DNA of 64,000 bases from Lepidodermella squamata (taxonomy: Eukaryota > Animalia > Gastrotricha): contig JBLDXI010000055.1 of the NCBI GenBank assembly GCA_047495785.1, positions 930,001-994,000 of the forward strand, read 5' to 3'. The notes under the pieces were generated by a model, which was not told where the DNA came from, did no database searches, and was given only the letters and a program-made list of their open reading frames with translations. Of the stretch, positions 46,843-58,752 are shown piece after piece; the stretch's first letter is position 1; each line of letters starts with the position of its first letter. The translations under genes and the position numbers were made by a program.

Positions 46843-47676
46843 ATGGCCGCTCGAGTTGCCGTAGTCACAGGGGCTAACAGAGGACTGGGCTTTTCTCTAG
46901 TCAAACAGCTCTGCCAGCAGAAGCCAAACTGGACCGTTTACCTCACAGCCAGAGATAAAGGTCGAGGCGAGGCAGCCGTGGCCCAACTTCAGTCGTCAGG
47001 CTTGAAACCGCGATTTTACCAACTCGATGTTGAATCGCCTCAAAGCATTCAAACCCTTGGTAATTACCTTAAATCTGAACACGGCGGCCTTGATGTCCTT
47101 GTCAACAATGCTGGAATAGCATTTCCTTTCGGGTCCAAGTTTTCTTTCGGTGAGGAAGCTCGTCGAATTTGCGCGACGAATTACTTTGCAGCCACTGCGG
47201 TGAGCAAGGCACTGTTCCCTCTTCTTCGCGATCATGCCCGGGTCGTTTATGTTTCAAGTCGCATCGGCCACACAGCTTTTTCGAAGCTATCTCCTCAGTT
47301 GAAGGAGGCGTTCAAGAGCTGCAAAACTGTCGAAGAGTTGGACAAATTAATTGCAGAGTTTGTGAGGCTGGCCGGCGAAGGTAAGCATGAAGCTGCTGGT
47401 TGGGTGAAAGCTGATGGCCTGGGAATTTCTAAAGCTGGACTCACCGTCGCGACGTACATTCAGCAGCGGCTTTTGGATGCAGATAAGTCGAAAAAGGACA
47501 GGATTGTCAACGCCTGTTGCCCTGGTTGGTGCAAAACTGACATGACTGGAAACAAGGGAACGAAAACGGCTGACCAGGGTGCTGATGTTATGCTTTACCT
47601 GGCAACGCTGCCTGATAACTGCGACCAGCCCCGTGGCCGCTTTGTAAATGAGCGCAAGATCAATGACATGTTTTGA
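46843..47676 (+). CDS. Carbonyl reductase 1-like lacking the catalytic Tyr
   Basis: TGANRGLG, NNAG, CCPGW intact, but YxxxK reads LGISK. Confidence 0.9.
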   Translation: MAARVAVVTGANRGLGFSLVKQLCQQKPNWTVYLTARDKGRGEAAVAQLQSSGLKPRFYQLDVESPQSIQTLGNYLKSEHGGLDVLVNNAGIAFPFGSKFSFGEEARRICATNYFAATAVSKALFPLLRDHARVVYVSSRIGHTAFSKLSPQLKEAFKSCKTVEELDKLIAEFVRLAGEGKHEAAGWVKADGLGISKAGLTVATYIQQRLLDADKSKKDRIVNACCPGWCKTDMTGNKGTKTADQGADVMLYLATLPDNCDQPRGRFVNERKINDMF

Positions 47677-47889
47677 AAATTTCCTAATAAAAATGAGTTG
47701 AATCATCAGTTGAATAATTTCCAGAGCGCCGTTTGAATTCATAAATAAATCTCGAAAATCATAAATCTCAAGAATTTTGCCATTTTACTTAAAAAAAAAT
47801 CACCGGGTAAAATGTTCATGGTTTGGCAATATATTTCACAACAGGTTCATGATTTCTAGATTAAACCAAATTCACGGACTTTGGATGCC

Positions 47890-48881
47890 CTACTCGAACC
47901 AGCTGAAGTCTTTCTCTGTCAAAGGTAGAGCAGGAAAATTGAAGTTTGGACCTTGGTACAGACGTGGTACGATTCTTGACGGCTTTAATGGATTCTTAGC
48001 CGATTTTCCAATGTAGTAGCCTTCTTGTATCACTTTTGCATCAACTAATGCTGCCGAACCGGGAATCTGATAGATTTTCCGAATCCACTTAGAAATGTTG
48101 GGATAATCAACGCTGTGACGGAACGATTTCAAGTTAAGGTTGTAGTAGTGTTCGAAAACAACTGGCAATCGGTAAATCCATGGATAGACGTTGATATCGG
48201 CAGCAGTTAAAACATTTCCAGTAATAAATGTCTGGTCTTGGAGAATGGCTTCAAGTCGATCCAGGGCTTCGAACAGATTCCTACAGTGATAGTCGTAATC
48301 AGTTTGCAATTTAGCCTCGCCGGCTGAATAGATGGCATTGATGATTTTCTCGCCAATCCATGGCATCCAATTATTATTGATATCATCCGTGACGTTAGCC
48401 GGATATAAATCGATTATTTTTCCACTGAGAAGCCCATTGAAAGCTGAGTTGAATGTGTAAACGATGTCGGCTGATTCATTGCTGACAATGGTCCGAGTCT
48501 TGGAATCGAAAAGCATCGGAACGGTGACTTTTCCCTTGTAATCAGGGTCGCTCAATATATAGAGCTCTTTCAAACTCTTTGCGTTCATGATGGAATCAAT
48601 GCCGTATTTAGGGTTGAATGACCAACCGAGAATTGGATCGTACGAAGAGTCAACAATTACGACTTGGACGAAATCGTCGAGCTTCTTCAAGAGTCTCGCC
48701 AATAGAGTTCTATGTGCCTACAAGGTTGAGTTGAATTTGAATAAAAAATTATTTCAAGCAGTTTTGGTGCTAAACTCACGAATGGGCATACGACGGCTAC
48801 GTAAAGGATGTACCTGTTCGCTTCTGGTTTGTAAACTGGATGGTCCACAGAGATGACCTCTCGAAAAGAGTTTGGAGACAT
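47890..48881 (-). CDS. Glutathionyl-hydroquinone reductase, copy 5
   Basis: VVCPF|AHR, VTVPMLFD, IVSNESADI, INAIYSAG, EGYY. Confidence 0.92.
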
Positions 48882-50366
48882 TGCGACCCCTTAATTCTAA
48901 AAATTGATCCGCTGTAGTACAGGGTAGTGTGGTACCAATTTAATTATTGTCTCTTCTCAAAATCAAGCTGTGCAATTCAGTTCTGGTTTTGTCTTTTGAC
49001 ACTATTCCATGAACATTTATTTATACTATCTCGCGTTATTTATACTAACTCTTTCCTCTTTGTATCTCCAAGAAACACAATTTAACGATGATAAAGATGG
49101 GCGTATCGCAACTTTGCCTCTTACTGTTTTTCCGTGCAGCTGCCAATATGATATAACCTCATCCACGAGAGAAGTATAATAAAAAAAGAGGGGGTTATAT
49201 AATTGTGAACTTAATCGAAACAACTCTAAAATACTTTAGATATCAGCGGGGCAAGATTTGTAATCTATTTGTTCGCGCGTATTACGCCTGATTCCTGATT
49301 CGTCTGGAAATCGAATTCAAGAGCCAGATAATTTGGAACCTCTCTTCTAGCTGCGTTTTATGTTCGAAGTTGAATCCATTTTAATTGCTTTTTAGCTTCC
49401 GACGCCGTCTTCTGTTCATTAGCGACAGTCGGATCTGCGATGTAGGGAACCCTATCGAAGGCATATCGAAGGCTCATTTGATTTGATAAACTTCGAATTG
49501 TAGTAGTCAAATCGGCTTGTCACGCGTAACTGCCTAAAATTCCCACAGGCTCCATCGATCATCGATCTAAACCCTATTAGGATCCTGCCTTCTCCGACAC
49601 GCGCTCTGCTTGGAATTTTACCACCATGACTTGTCCACAGGGTGTGTACAGGGTGAATCCACAGTGAATTTCATGCCCGTTCGCTTTTTATTATTTTTTC
49701 ATTTCAAAATGCTGAGAAAAAATGCTAAGCTATGCCAAATGCCAAGTTAAAATCGATTAAAATGTTGATGATTATGACAACTTGTTCACTCTCTTTCTTG
49801 AATTCTTGTGTTACTTTGGAGAAGGGTCAACAAAAGATGACGAATTAAAACTATTTTATAACTTCAATAATGCATCGATCGTGATATTTTCGACCTTGGG
49901 TTCTCCCTTTACTGCCTCAAATGAAAAGTATTTATATATAAGCCCAGGACCATTATGTAGAAGCCCGGGCTTTTATTGCTTATTTTTTAAAAAACGCTAA
50001 AACTTCGAAAAAGTATATCCGAGGCTTTTAATAAGGTTAAAACGGTACTTGGCGTATTATTATATGAAACCTTAGCGCCTCAGACAAGGTCAGCAGACAC
50101 TGATGCAGATGTACTGCGTATTGATCGTCTGCTATGTCGAACAGTTCCACCGTCATATTAATAGCGATTACTATTTTTTGCTGCGATGGCGGCGTAAAAA
50201 CACGTGTGTGTTTGCATAGGGTGATATAGAATAAGTATGTATGCCGGCAAAAACACAAAAAATTGACCCGCTTGCATGGCTATATAATACACGCAGTACT
50301 GTGCGGTTTTTTTCATATCACGGTAGATTTAAATAGAACCTTACTCATTTTCTCCGGCTATTGATA

Positions 50367-51421
50367 ATGTCTGCTGCCAAGAAAATTATTTCGGTCATCG
50401 GTGCCACTGGCCAGCAAGGTGGTGGTCTTCTGCGAGCTATCACGAGCGAGGGTGCTAATGGGCAATTCATCGCCAGAGCTCTAACCCGTGACGTCAATTC
50501 GAAAAAGGTTCGTAATCCTCAATTATTTTTATTTTAGTGATTGATTGATTTGTTTAATCATCAGGCGCAAGAGTTGAAGAGCCTTGGTGCCGAAGTTGTC
50601 CAAGCTGATGTCACCAATGAAGCCGGTCTGGTCGAGGCTATCAAGGGCTCGTATGGCTTGTTCTGCGTCACCGCGCTCGAGGCGAATGACCCATCGAAAG
50701 AAACTGAGCAAGCCAAAGTCATGGCTTCGGCTGCTAAGTAAGTTTTGCCTATACAAAATAATTCTGTTCTTAATCTAAAATTTTCATATTAACCAGGAAA
50801 GCCGGTATCAAACACGTTGTCTGGTCGACACTTGAGGACACTCGGAAACAAATTCCTCTCGAAAGTACCAGCATGCCGACCCTATTCGGGAAGTACAAGG
50901 TTCCCCATTTCGATGCTAAAGGTGAAGCTGACAAGTACTTTGCCGATTTGCCGACTACTTACTATTTGGTACCGTATTTCTGGGAAAATATCATCAGCGG
51001 CGGCCCGCGCAAGGGTCCCGATGGCAAGTTGTACCTGACCATTCCGATGGGTGATAAGCACATGCCGGGTATTGGCACTGAAGATATCGGGAAGTGCGCG
51101 TTTGGCATTTTCAAGCACCCTGAACTGATTGGAAAGCGCGTCGGCGTCGCTGGCGAGCATTTAACCATCGCGCAAATGGCTGAGAAATTGTCGAAAGCTC
51201 TGGGCAAAGAAATCCATTACCACAAAGTTTCTTTTGACGACTTCAGGAAATTCCCGTTTCACGGAGCTGAAGAATTCGGCAACATGTTCCAGTTCTACCA
51301 CGACACCGAGCCAACCTTCCGCGCGGCTCGAAGCGTTGAAGAGGGTCGCAAGTTGAACCCTGAAATCAAGAATTTCGATCAGTGGCTGGCTAAAAACGGC
51401 AGCAAGATTGTTATCGAATAA
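50367..51421 (+). CDS. NmrA/HSCARG-family protein, copy 5 (3 exons)
   Basis: Exons 50367-50507, 50565-50737, 50797-51421; TATA at 50281. Confidence 0.92.
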
Positions 51422-51967
51422 CAACTCTTATCTCTTACATACGACTCATTGCAATCAAGCACAAGTAATATGACAGCATGACTTTTGATTTCTGTGTTGT
51501 CTCCATATAGAATTGTGTGTCCAATAAAATAAATCATGATTATTGGCATTTTTCGATATTGATCTGCATTTTTACTCAAGTAAAACCGAGAACGAGCTGG
51601 CGCATTTTGATACCTCCTGGAATCCTAATTTGATCGAAAACTGCGCCAAATTATTACCCTGTTAGAAGTCAAAATCTTCATACTGGGTTTTCGTGAATCA
51701 CTTTCCAGCAAAGCATATAGGGAAATTCTAGTTTTTATCTAGTACGCTCTCGTTTTGTCCATTTTTTTGCGGTTACAGACACATCGCCAATGAAAATCGA
51801 TATCACGTGAACCGAAGCAAAAAACCCAACTTTTTTGCCCCACTCTGCAGAGCGTATATAGTACGCGCGGACGGCATGAAAGCCGGCATTGCTTGTTTAC
51901 GCTTGTGCTTATTTCTTAGTTTTATCATTCATTTTACGAGACCGGGAACGGTGTCCATTATCCAAGT

Positions 51968-53022
51968 ATGTCAGTTTCCAAGAAGGTTATCTCAATCGTT
52001 GGTGCCACTGGGCAGCAAGGCGGCGCCCTGATGCGAGCTATCATCAGCGAGGGCGCCAATGGACAATTCGTCGCCAGGGCCCTGACTCGAGATGTAACTT
52101 CCAAAAAGGTATATTGATAGCGTATTATTGTTTTAAGTGATTATACATACCTATGCCATTTTTACAGGCTGTGGAACTCAAAAACCAAGGCGTTGAAGTT
52201 GTACAGGCCGATATTAATAAGGAGGACGATTTAACTCAAGCTATCAAGGGTTCTTATGGCCTATATTGCGTCAGCACGTTGGATCTTCACGAGCCTGCCA
52301 ACGAGACCGAGCAAGCTCGGATCATGGCTTCAGCTGCCAAGTTTGTGTTAATCATTCCTGTAAAATCGCATCTATAAAATTAGTTCATTAGAGCTGCTGG
52401 TATTAAGCATGTCATCTGGTCAACGCTCGAAGATACTCGAAAGTTAATCCCACTGGAGAGCACAAGCATGCCGACTTTATTTGGCAAGTATAAAGTCCCT
52501 CATCTCGACGCGAAAGCTGATGGTGATAAATTTTTCGCCGATTTGCCCGCAACTTACTTGATGACGCCCTTCTTCTGGGAAAACTTCCTAATCAAGGAAA
52601 TGGCTCCAAAAAAGCTGCTGTTTGGGAAGTATATGATCGGACTACCGATGGGGCAGAAGGCTATGGCTGGAATCTCTACAGCTGACATCGGAAAATGTGC
52701 GTTGGGCATTTTCAAGCGTGAAGACTTAATCGGCAAACGAATCGGCATCGCCGGCGAGCATCTGCCGCTATCCGAAATGGCTGAAAAAATGACAAGAGCT
52801 CTTGGAAAGCACATAATCTATGTTCCGATTCCCTTCTTTTTGTTTCGAAGATTTCCGTTTCCCGGCGCCGTTGAATTCTCCAATATGTTTCAGTTCTTTC
52901 ACGATTGCGAGCAACAATTTCTAGCGGCGAGGAGTGTTGAACAATCTCGCAGTATCAACCCAGAGTTGAAAAATTTTGATCAATGGTTGGAGGAATTTAA
53001 GAATAAAATTCCGCTGGCTTGA
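51968..53022 (+). CDS. NmrA/HSCARG-family protein, copy 6 (3 exons)
   Basis: MSVSKKVISIVGATGQQG; same two intron positions as copies 3-5. Confidence 0.92.
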
Positions 53023-53182
53023 AGCTAACCTCTATATGACTGGCTGAATTATTGTATCGAACTTTGATTACGAAGAATAAAAGATCAGTTGGAAACTTGA
53101 TATGTTAAAAATCTTTATTATAATTCATAATTTTTTTGTAAAATAAATTTATTTTACTAAAAAATGTCGCAAAGATTGATAT

Positions 53183-53386
53183 TCATTGTCTTTGAATGGG
53201 TTTCACTGGCTTCGCATCGGGTGAGAACATGATCTTCCCAATTCGGGCCATTTTTTCTTCGTAATCCAGAGGTCTTGAGCAGAGTTCGCTCAGGTTAGCT
53301 TGGGTGTAGGTCAGCTTCACCTTGATCTTCGGCTTATTGTCGACGGGATATTTCTGTCGATTAGTCCAGAAAGGTTTTTGCGGCAT
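53183..53386 (-). CDS. Small basic hypothetical protein (67 aa)
   Basis: ATG-initiated ORF, higher GC than its AT-rich flanks; no recognised domain. Confidence 0.4.
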   Translation of the reverse strand: MPQKPFWTNRQKYPVDNKPKIKVKLTYTQANLSELCSRPLDYEEKMARIGKIMFSPDAKPVKPIQRQ

Positions 53387-53668
53387 ATTTACAAAGTTTA
53401 TAGCTTTGCCTTATTTTTTTGAGGTTTGAAAAAAAATAAAGCGCACCAGAATATACGAGTGGATGCTGAAAAGGAAATCGATCCAAACATAGGAAGTGAT
53501 GGGCGTGTGCGGTTTTGGCTGTCAGCTATAAATTCAAAAGTCGACTTCGCTCATTAAATTCTGAGTTTTATTGCTACACTTAATGCGGGCAAAATTTGAA
53601 TTCAATGCATGACAGTGTTCAGCTGGGTGATTTAATAGTAAATAGTTCGATGATGATTAGGAATAACT

Positions 53669-54713
53669 TCAAGCTGCAATTTTGATTTTATCCTTGTTCT
53701 TAGACAGCCACTGGTCGAAGTTCATCAGTTCGGGGTTTAGCTTAGCAGCGACCTCGACGCTTCGCGAAGCTCGAAAAGCGACGTCACAGTCGTGGTAGAA
53801 CTGAAACATGTTGCCGAGGTCTTCAGCACCGGGGAAGGGCATTTTCCGAAAATCGTCAAACGGCACCGGCACATAGGTAATCACACGTCCCATAGCCTTC
53901 GACATTTTCTCCGCCATTTGCAGCAGAGTCAAATGATCGCCAGCAACACCGATCCGTTTTCCGATTAAATCTTGACGCTTGAAAATGCCCAGCGCACATT
54001 TCCCGATGTCAGTTGTAGAAATTCCGGGCATAATCTTCCGTCCCATCGGCACTGCTAAGAGCAGCTTGCCATCGGGGCCTTTTCTCGGGCCGAATCCGGC
54101 GCTGAGGAAATTCTCCCAGAAAAATGAAGTCATGTAGTAAGTGGTTGGGAGACTTTCAAAGTATTTATCCCCATCAGCCTTCGCATCGAAATGAGGCACC
54201 TTGTACTTGCCAAACAACGTCGGCATGCTCTTGCTCTCGAGCGGGACCTGTTTACGGGTATCGTCCAAGGTTGACCACACGACATGCTTGATTCCCGCAG
54301 ATCTGTGAATTTAAAAAATTATTTAAATTTGGACGTTATAAATTAGCTAACTTGGCAGCTGCTGCCATGATGCGGCATTGCTCGGTTTCTTGCGACGGGT
54401 CACCGTGACTCAAAGTTGTGATGCAGAACAAGCCATGCGAGCCTTTAATAGCCGCAGCCAAGTCCTTCTCGTTGTTCACATCGGCCTTCACAACCTCGGC
54501 GCCGTGCTTCTTCAACTCCTTTGACTATTTCCAAAATTTAATAAAATTCAGGGAAAATCATTGATCAATCATTACCTTTTTCGAAGTATCATCTCGTGTC
54601 AGAGCTCGAGCAACGAATTGGCTGTTGCTGCCCTCTTTGCCGATAGCTCGTAGTAGAGCTCCGCCCTGTTGGCCAGTGGCTCCGATGATCGAAATGACCT
54701 TTTTGCTCGCCAT
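53669..54713 (-). CDS. NmrA/HSCARG-family protein, copy 7 (3 exons)
   Basis: MASKKVISIIGATGQQG, WSTLDDTR, VPHFDAK, GNMFQF; same two introns. Confidence 0.92.
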
Positions 54714-56400
54714 TTTAATTACTGCTGTTTATAAATACTACTTAACACATCGTTGAAAATTCAATGGCACATGAAACAAATCGCGTGCTTTGATAAGATG
54801 AATGAAACATTGGGAAATGTGGAAAAATAGCACGAGCATTTTGTTAAAACTAATGCGCACAAGCTGTTGTAAAAGATTCATTCAAAATGAGTGAATTGCT
54901 GTCTCTCTTGCGGTTAACTAAAAGAATTTGCATATCACCCGAGAATAGATGAAGAAACCCGACATCATGCTCGGAAACATTTGGAACAAGCAATTGTAGA
55001 GCTCAGAGTATTACATATTTTTTAGAGATGCTAGAATCCGAAATATAATTACGCGTATTTTCTGCTTCCATCCTGCTGAATGAGCAGTCCTATACGAGGC
55101 CGCTGATACTAGGCCTGCATTCCTATATATATTAGGATTTTTTTCATTACAGCAGTGGCAACGCCATTATTATGATATGCGGAGCATACTCAAGCTTATT
55201 ATACGGTTTTACTATAATAATAAGACCGTTGAATAGGGTTGCCAGATATAACTGGGTGTTGTTTATGCGATAAAAAAAAGCCTGGGATTTTTGCACGCAA
55301 TAATGGAGAATACAAGAGGGGAAAGTCCGAAGGACAAGTTCCAGATTTTTTCCGATTAATGCTATTCTTCTATCAGCGATTCTATGTAATTAGCTGAGGA
55401 AATAATGAAAAGAAATGTTGGCAAGCTGATTTCTGTGACCAGAAATCGCATATGGTGTTTTTCGGCCGAATTTCGGGAAATTTGTATGGCAATTCGAATG
55501 TTGTAGGGCATGAAAGAATACAAATTTTGCGAACTCTACCTAATGTGCATGAGTAGAAAAACAGCCTAATTATATGGAACATCCACCTAATTAGAGCGAA
55601 TATTCAGTAATCTTTAATCATAAAACCTCCCAGGGAAAATGATTGAAAAATAATGATAAAAAATCCCCGAATTCATGGATTTGTATAAATGGATTTATTA
55701 TCAAGAATAGCCTTATGAGAGTCTGGGTTCACCCTATTTTGATTTTCCTTTATTAATGTACCCTTTCCTCTTTCGTATCAGTTGCCGCAGTCTATCATCC
55801 AATATATGTCGTTCTCTTCGCGGTGGCCTGAGAACTTCACTGGTCTACAACTTGTCCTCAATGTTGTTCTTTATAGCCACTAAAGTACTAGTTTTGAACA
55901 GTGGCTAAACTTATACATTATTCAAATCAATGATATGGATTTCCGATCTTTACAGCAGTTGTAGAAAAAGATACACGTGCTTTTATTATCGCCGGTGATG
56001 ACAAAGTTACAATTTGCCTTCGGGAAAAGCGCAAATATTGAAACCGCATGTGAAGATTTTATTTGAGAGACATTTCGAGTTTACTTTCAGAGTGGCGAAG
56101 CATTTTTTTACGATCCACGCTGCGATTATTTGCTGTTAAACTCGTATCCACACAGACGTTGAGTTGCGTATAATTAATCAATACCTACAGAGGTGCAGAG
56201 TAACATCTCGCCTTTCTCCTGCGAATTAGTGGCTCTGATGAAAACGTTAGACGTTCTAAATCTTTCCTAAGCTTGAGATGGATTAATTTACGCAACACGA
56301 GACGAATTTCTTGAGCTTTTCGCAAAATTCTCGCCTAATCTGTACACAAAATTATAACGGAATTTCAGTTCGCATTCGATTTTTTTGCCAACATTTTTAG

Positions 56401-57401
56401 ATGTCGAAAAAAGTTATAGCAGTCGTCGGCGCGACTGGGGCTCAAGGTGGCGGCTTGATTCGAGCTATTATGAGCGAGGGTGACCAAAGCGAATTCACAG
56501 CTAGAGCCATCACTCGAGACCCTGAATCTGTTGCGGCTAGAAAGCTAGCTGATTTGGGCGTCGAAGTCGTCAGAGGCGACATTAACGACGAAACGGCTTT
56601 TGCTTCGGCTATTCAGGGCGTTTACGGACTGTTTTGTGTCACCCTATCGGGTTATGAAGACTACTCTCCAGAGCAAGAAATCTGCCAGGCTAAAGTCATG
56701 TCAGCCGCTGCTAGGTATATTAATTCTTATATTCTTTTATTTTAATTTAAAAAATTAATTTTCAACTCAGAAATGCTGGCATAAAGCATGTGATTTGGTC
56801 GACTATGGAGGACACTCGTCTGAAAATTCCGCTTGAAAGTAACGTTATGCCAACATTGAACGAGCGCTTCAAGGTGCCTCATTTCGACTCGAAAGGTGAG
56901 TCTGATCAATTTTTCGCCGACCTGCCAACAACCTATTTGCTGACTTCGTTCTTCTGGGAGAACTTCATCGACCTGCAAATGGGCCCGAAGAAGTATTCAG
57001 GCCAGCTTTATCTGCCACTGCCGATCGGGAAGAAGCGCCTGGCGGGCATTTCCTCGGCTGATATCGGAAAATGCGCGCTTGGCATTTTCAAGCAGCCTGA
57101 GGATTACATCGGCAGACGCGTCGGAATAGCTGGCGAAATTTTGACTCTCGCGGAGTTGTCTCATAAAATGACGGACTCACTCGGCAAATCAGTCGTACCT
57201 TACGAAATGTCGTTCAAAGAATATCGCAAATTGCAATTCGAGGGCGCCGATGATTTTGCGAACATGTTTCAATTTCTCCACGATTTTGAGGAGGACTACT
57301 GCGGCGCGCGGAGCGTTGAGGAATCGCGAAAATTGAACCCTGACCTCATGAATTTCGATCAATGGATGGAGAAGAACAAAGACCGCATCCCGTTGAAGTG
57401 A
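56401..57401 (+). CDS. NmrA/HSCARG-family protein, copy 8 (2 exons)
   Basis: VVGATGAQG; intron 56716-56770; WSTMEDTR. Confidence 0.92.
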
Positions 57402-57669
57402 CAATAAGAAAATTCCAAGGCTATTTATAATAATATTTTCCCATGATGTTTCACGTTGTGTTCCATGTTAAGACGATAACATTAAAAATTGATGGAGATA
57501 TGGCGCGTGCGTCCATTTTCAGAGCGAAATTCGCGCGCCAAAAAAGGTTGACAGCGTGACGCAACAGTTCCGGTGTGGCTTAAATAGCGCAAGGGTCTCA
57601 CAGAAAAATATCATCATTAGCATCCAGCTTAATTCATTTTATTATCACTAAATTCATTCAAAATTTAAC

Positions 57670-58502
57670 ATGGCTTCGAACATGTCCTTCAACATGATGC
57701 CTGGTCATCTCAATGCCACGATGGTTCCCTCTGGCCATCATCACCATCACCCGCACAACACCCAGGGTGTCTGGAACAAGGCCCCCTTCGGATTCGGCGA
57801 ATCGACCGCTATGGCTCCCTTCGTCAACCCTGGTAAAATTTCAGGCAATCTTTTTTTATTAAGTTAATTTGATGAATGTTTTTAGCGACTGGTATGGACA
57901 TTTCGCGCGCTATGGCTAACCCGATGGGCTTCATGGACCAGATGAGCCGTGCCATGTCCAACCCGGCTGATCTTGAGCGCAATTTCCGCGGCATCGAACA
58001 CGCCATGCAGCGCCAGATGATGGGCATGGAGCGCGAGATGGAGCGCATGCTGAAGAACGCGGACCGCAGCTACACCTCTGACCTGGTTCACCACCCGTCG
58101 CGCCCGGCCAGCGTCATGGAGCACTACTCGCTGACGAACCCGATCCGCATCGACAACGAGGGCAACCGCTGGTTGAACGTCTACTTCGACATGCGCACGT
58201 TCAAGCCGGAGGAGATCACCGTGGCGCTGAACTCGAAGGAGCGCTCGATCACCGTCGAGGCTAACCACGAGGTCAAGGACTCGAAGGACCACTACATCAA
58301 GCGCCACTACGCCCGCAAGTTCTTCCTGCCGGAGAACATCAACGCTGATCTGTCCAAGGTCGAGCTCAAGTCGTGCCTCACCAACGACGGCCTGCTCTGC
58401 GTCGAGTCGGCCCTGCCCAAGATCACCCCTGAGGAGGCCGCCAAGATGTCGCTGACCACCCCGCACACCTTCTCCGTCCCGATCGCCGTCAAGCACATCT
58501 AA
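57670..58502 (+). CDS. Small heat-shock protein, copy 2 (2 exons, strong codon bias)
   Basis: FDMRTFKPEEITV..HYARKFFLP..LTNDGLLCVE..VPIAV; intron about 57833-57885. Confidence 0.9.
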
Positions 58503-58752
58503 ATCTCCAAAAAAACTCTGAGAACTTTTCATTTCGATGATTTATCGTTGAAATTTGATTCGAATTTGATCCGAATAAACTGATTGGGTATTAGGATTTT
58601 TGAAGGTTTTTTCACTTGATTTATTGGCAGGTTTTATTATCACGTCAATCAGCAACAAATTAGAGGTAATTAATTATTAAGAGGTAACAGATCAGGTTTT
58701 AGGATAAAACTTCAAAGATAGCAGTCATTTCAATGCGTGGAAATTCGTCTTT

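Noticed and set aside
49020-49330. Possible decayed RT remnants here and at about 55200-55330
   Set aside because: Only vague resemblance with no catalytic motif; needs a profile search.
56235-56262. Hammerhead ribozyme core (CTGATGA plus hairpin)
   Set aside because: The required GAAA reads TAAA and stems I and III are not evident.
12732-57401. Bacterial contamination explaining the NmrA and GHR genes
   Set aside because: All copies have GT-AG introns and are interleaved with animal-type genes and eukaryotic tRNAs.
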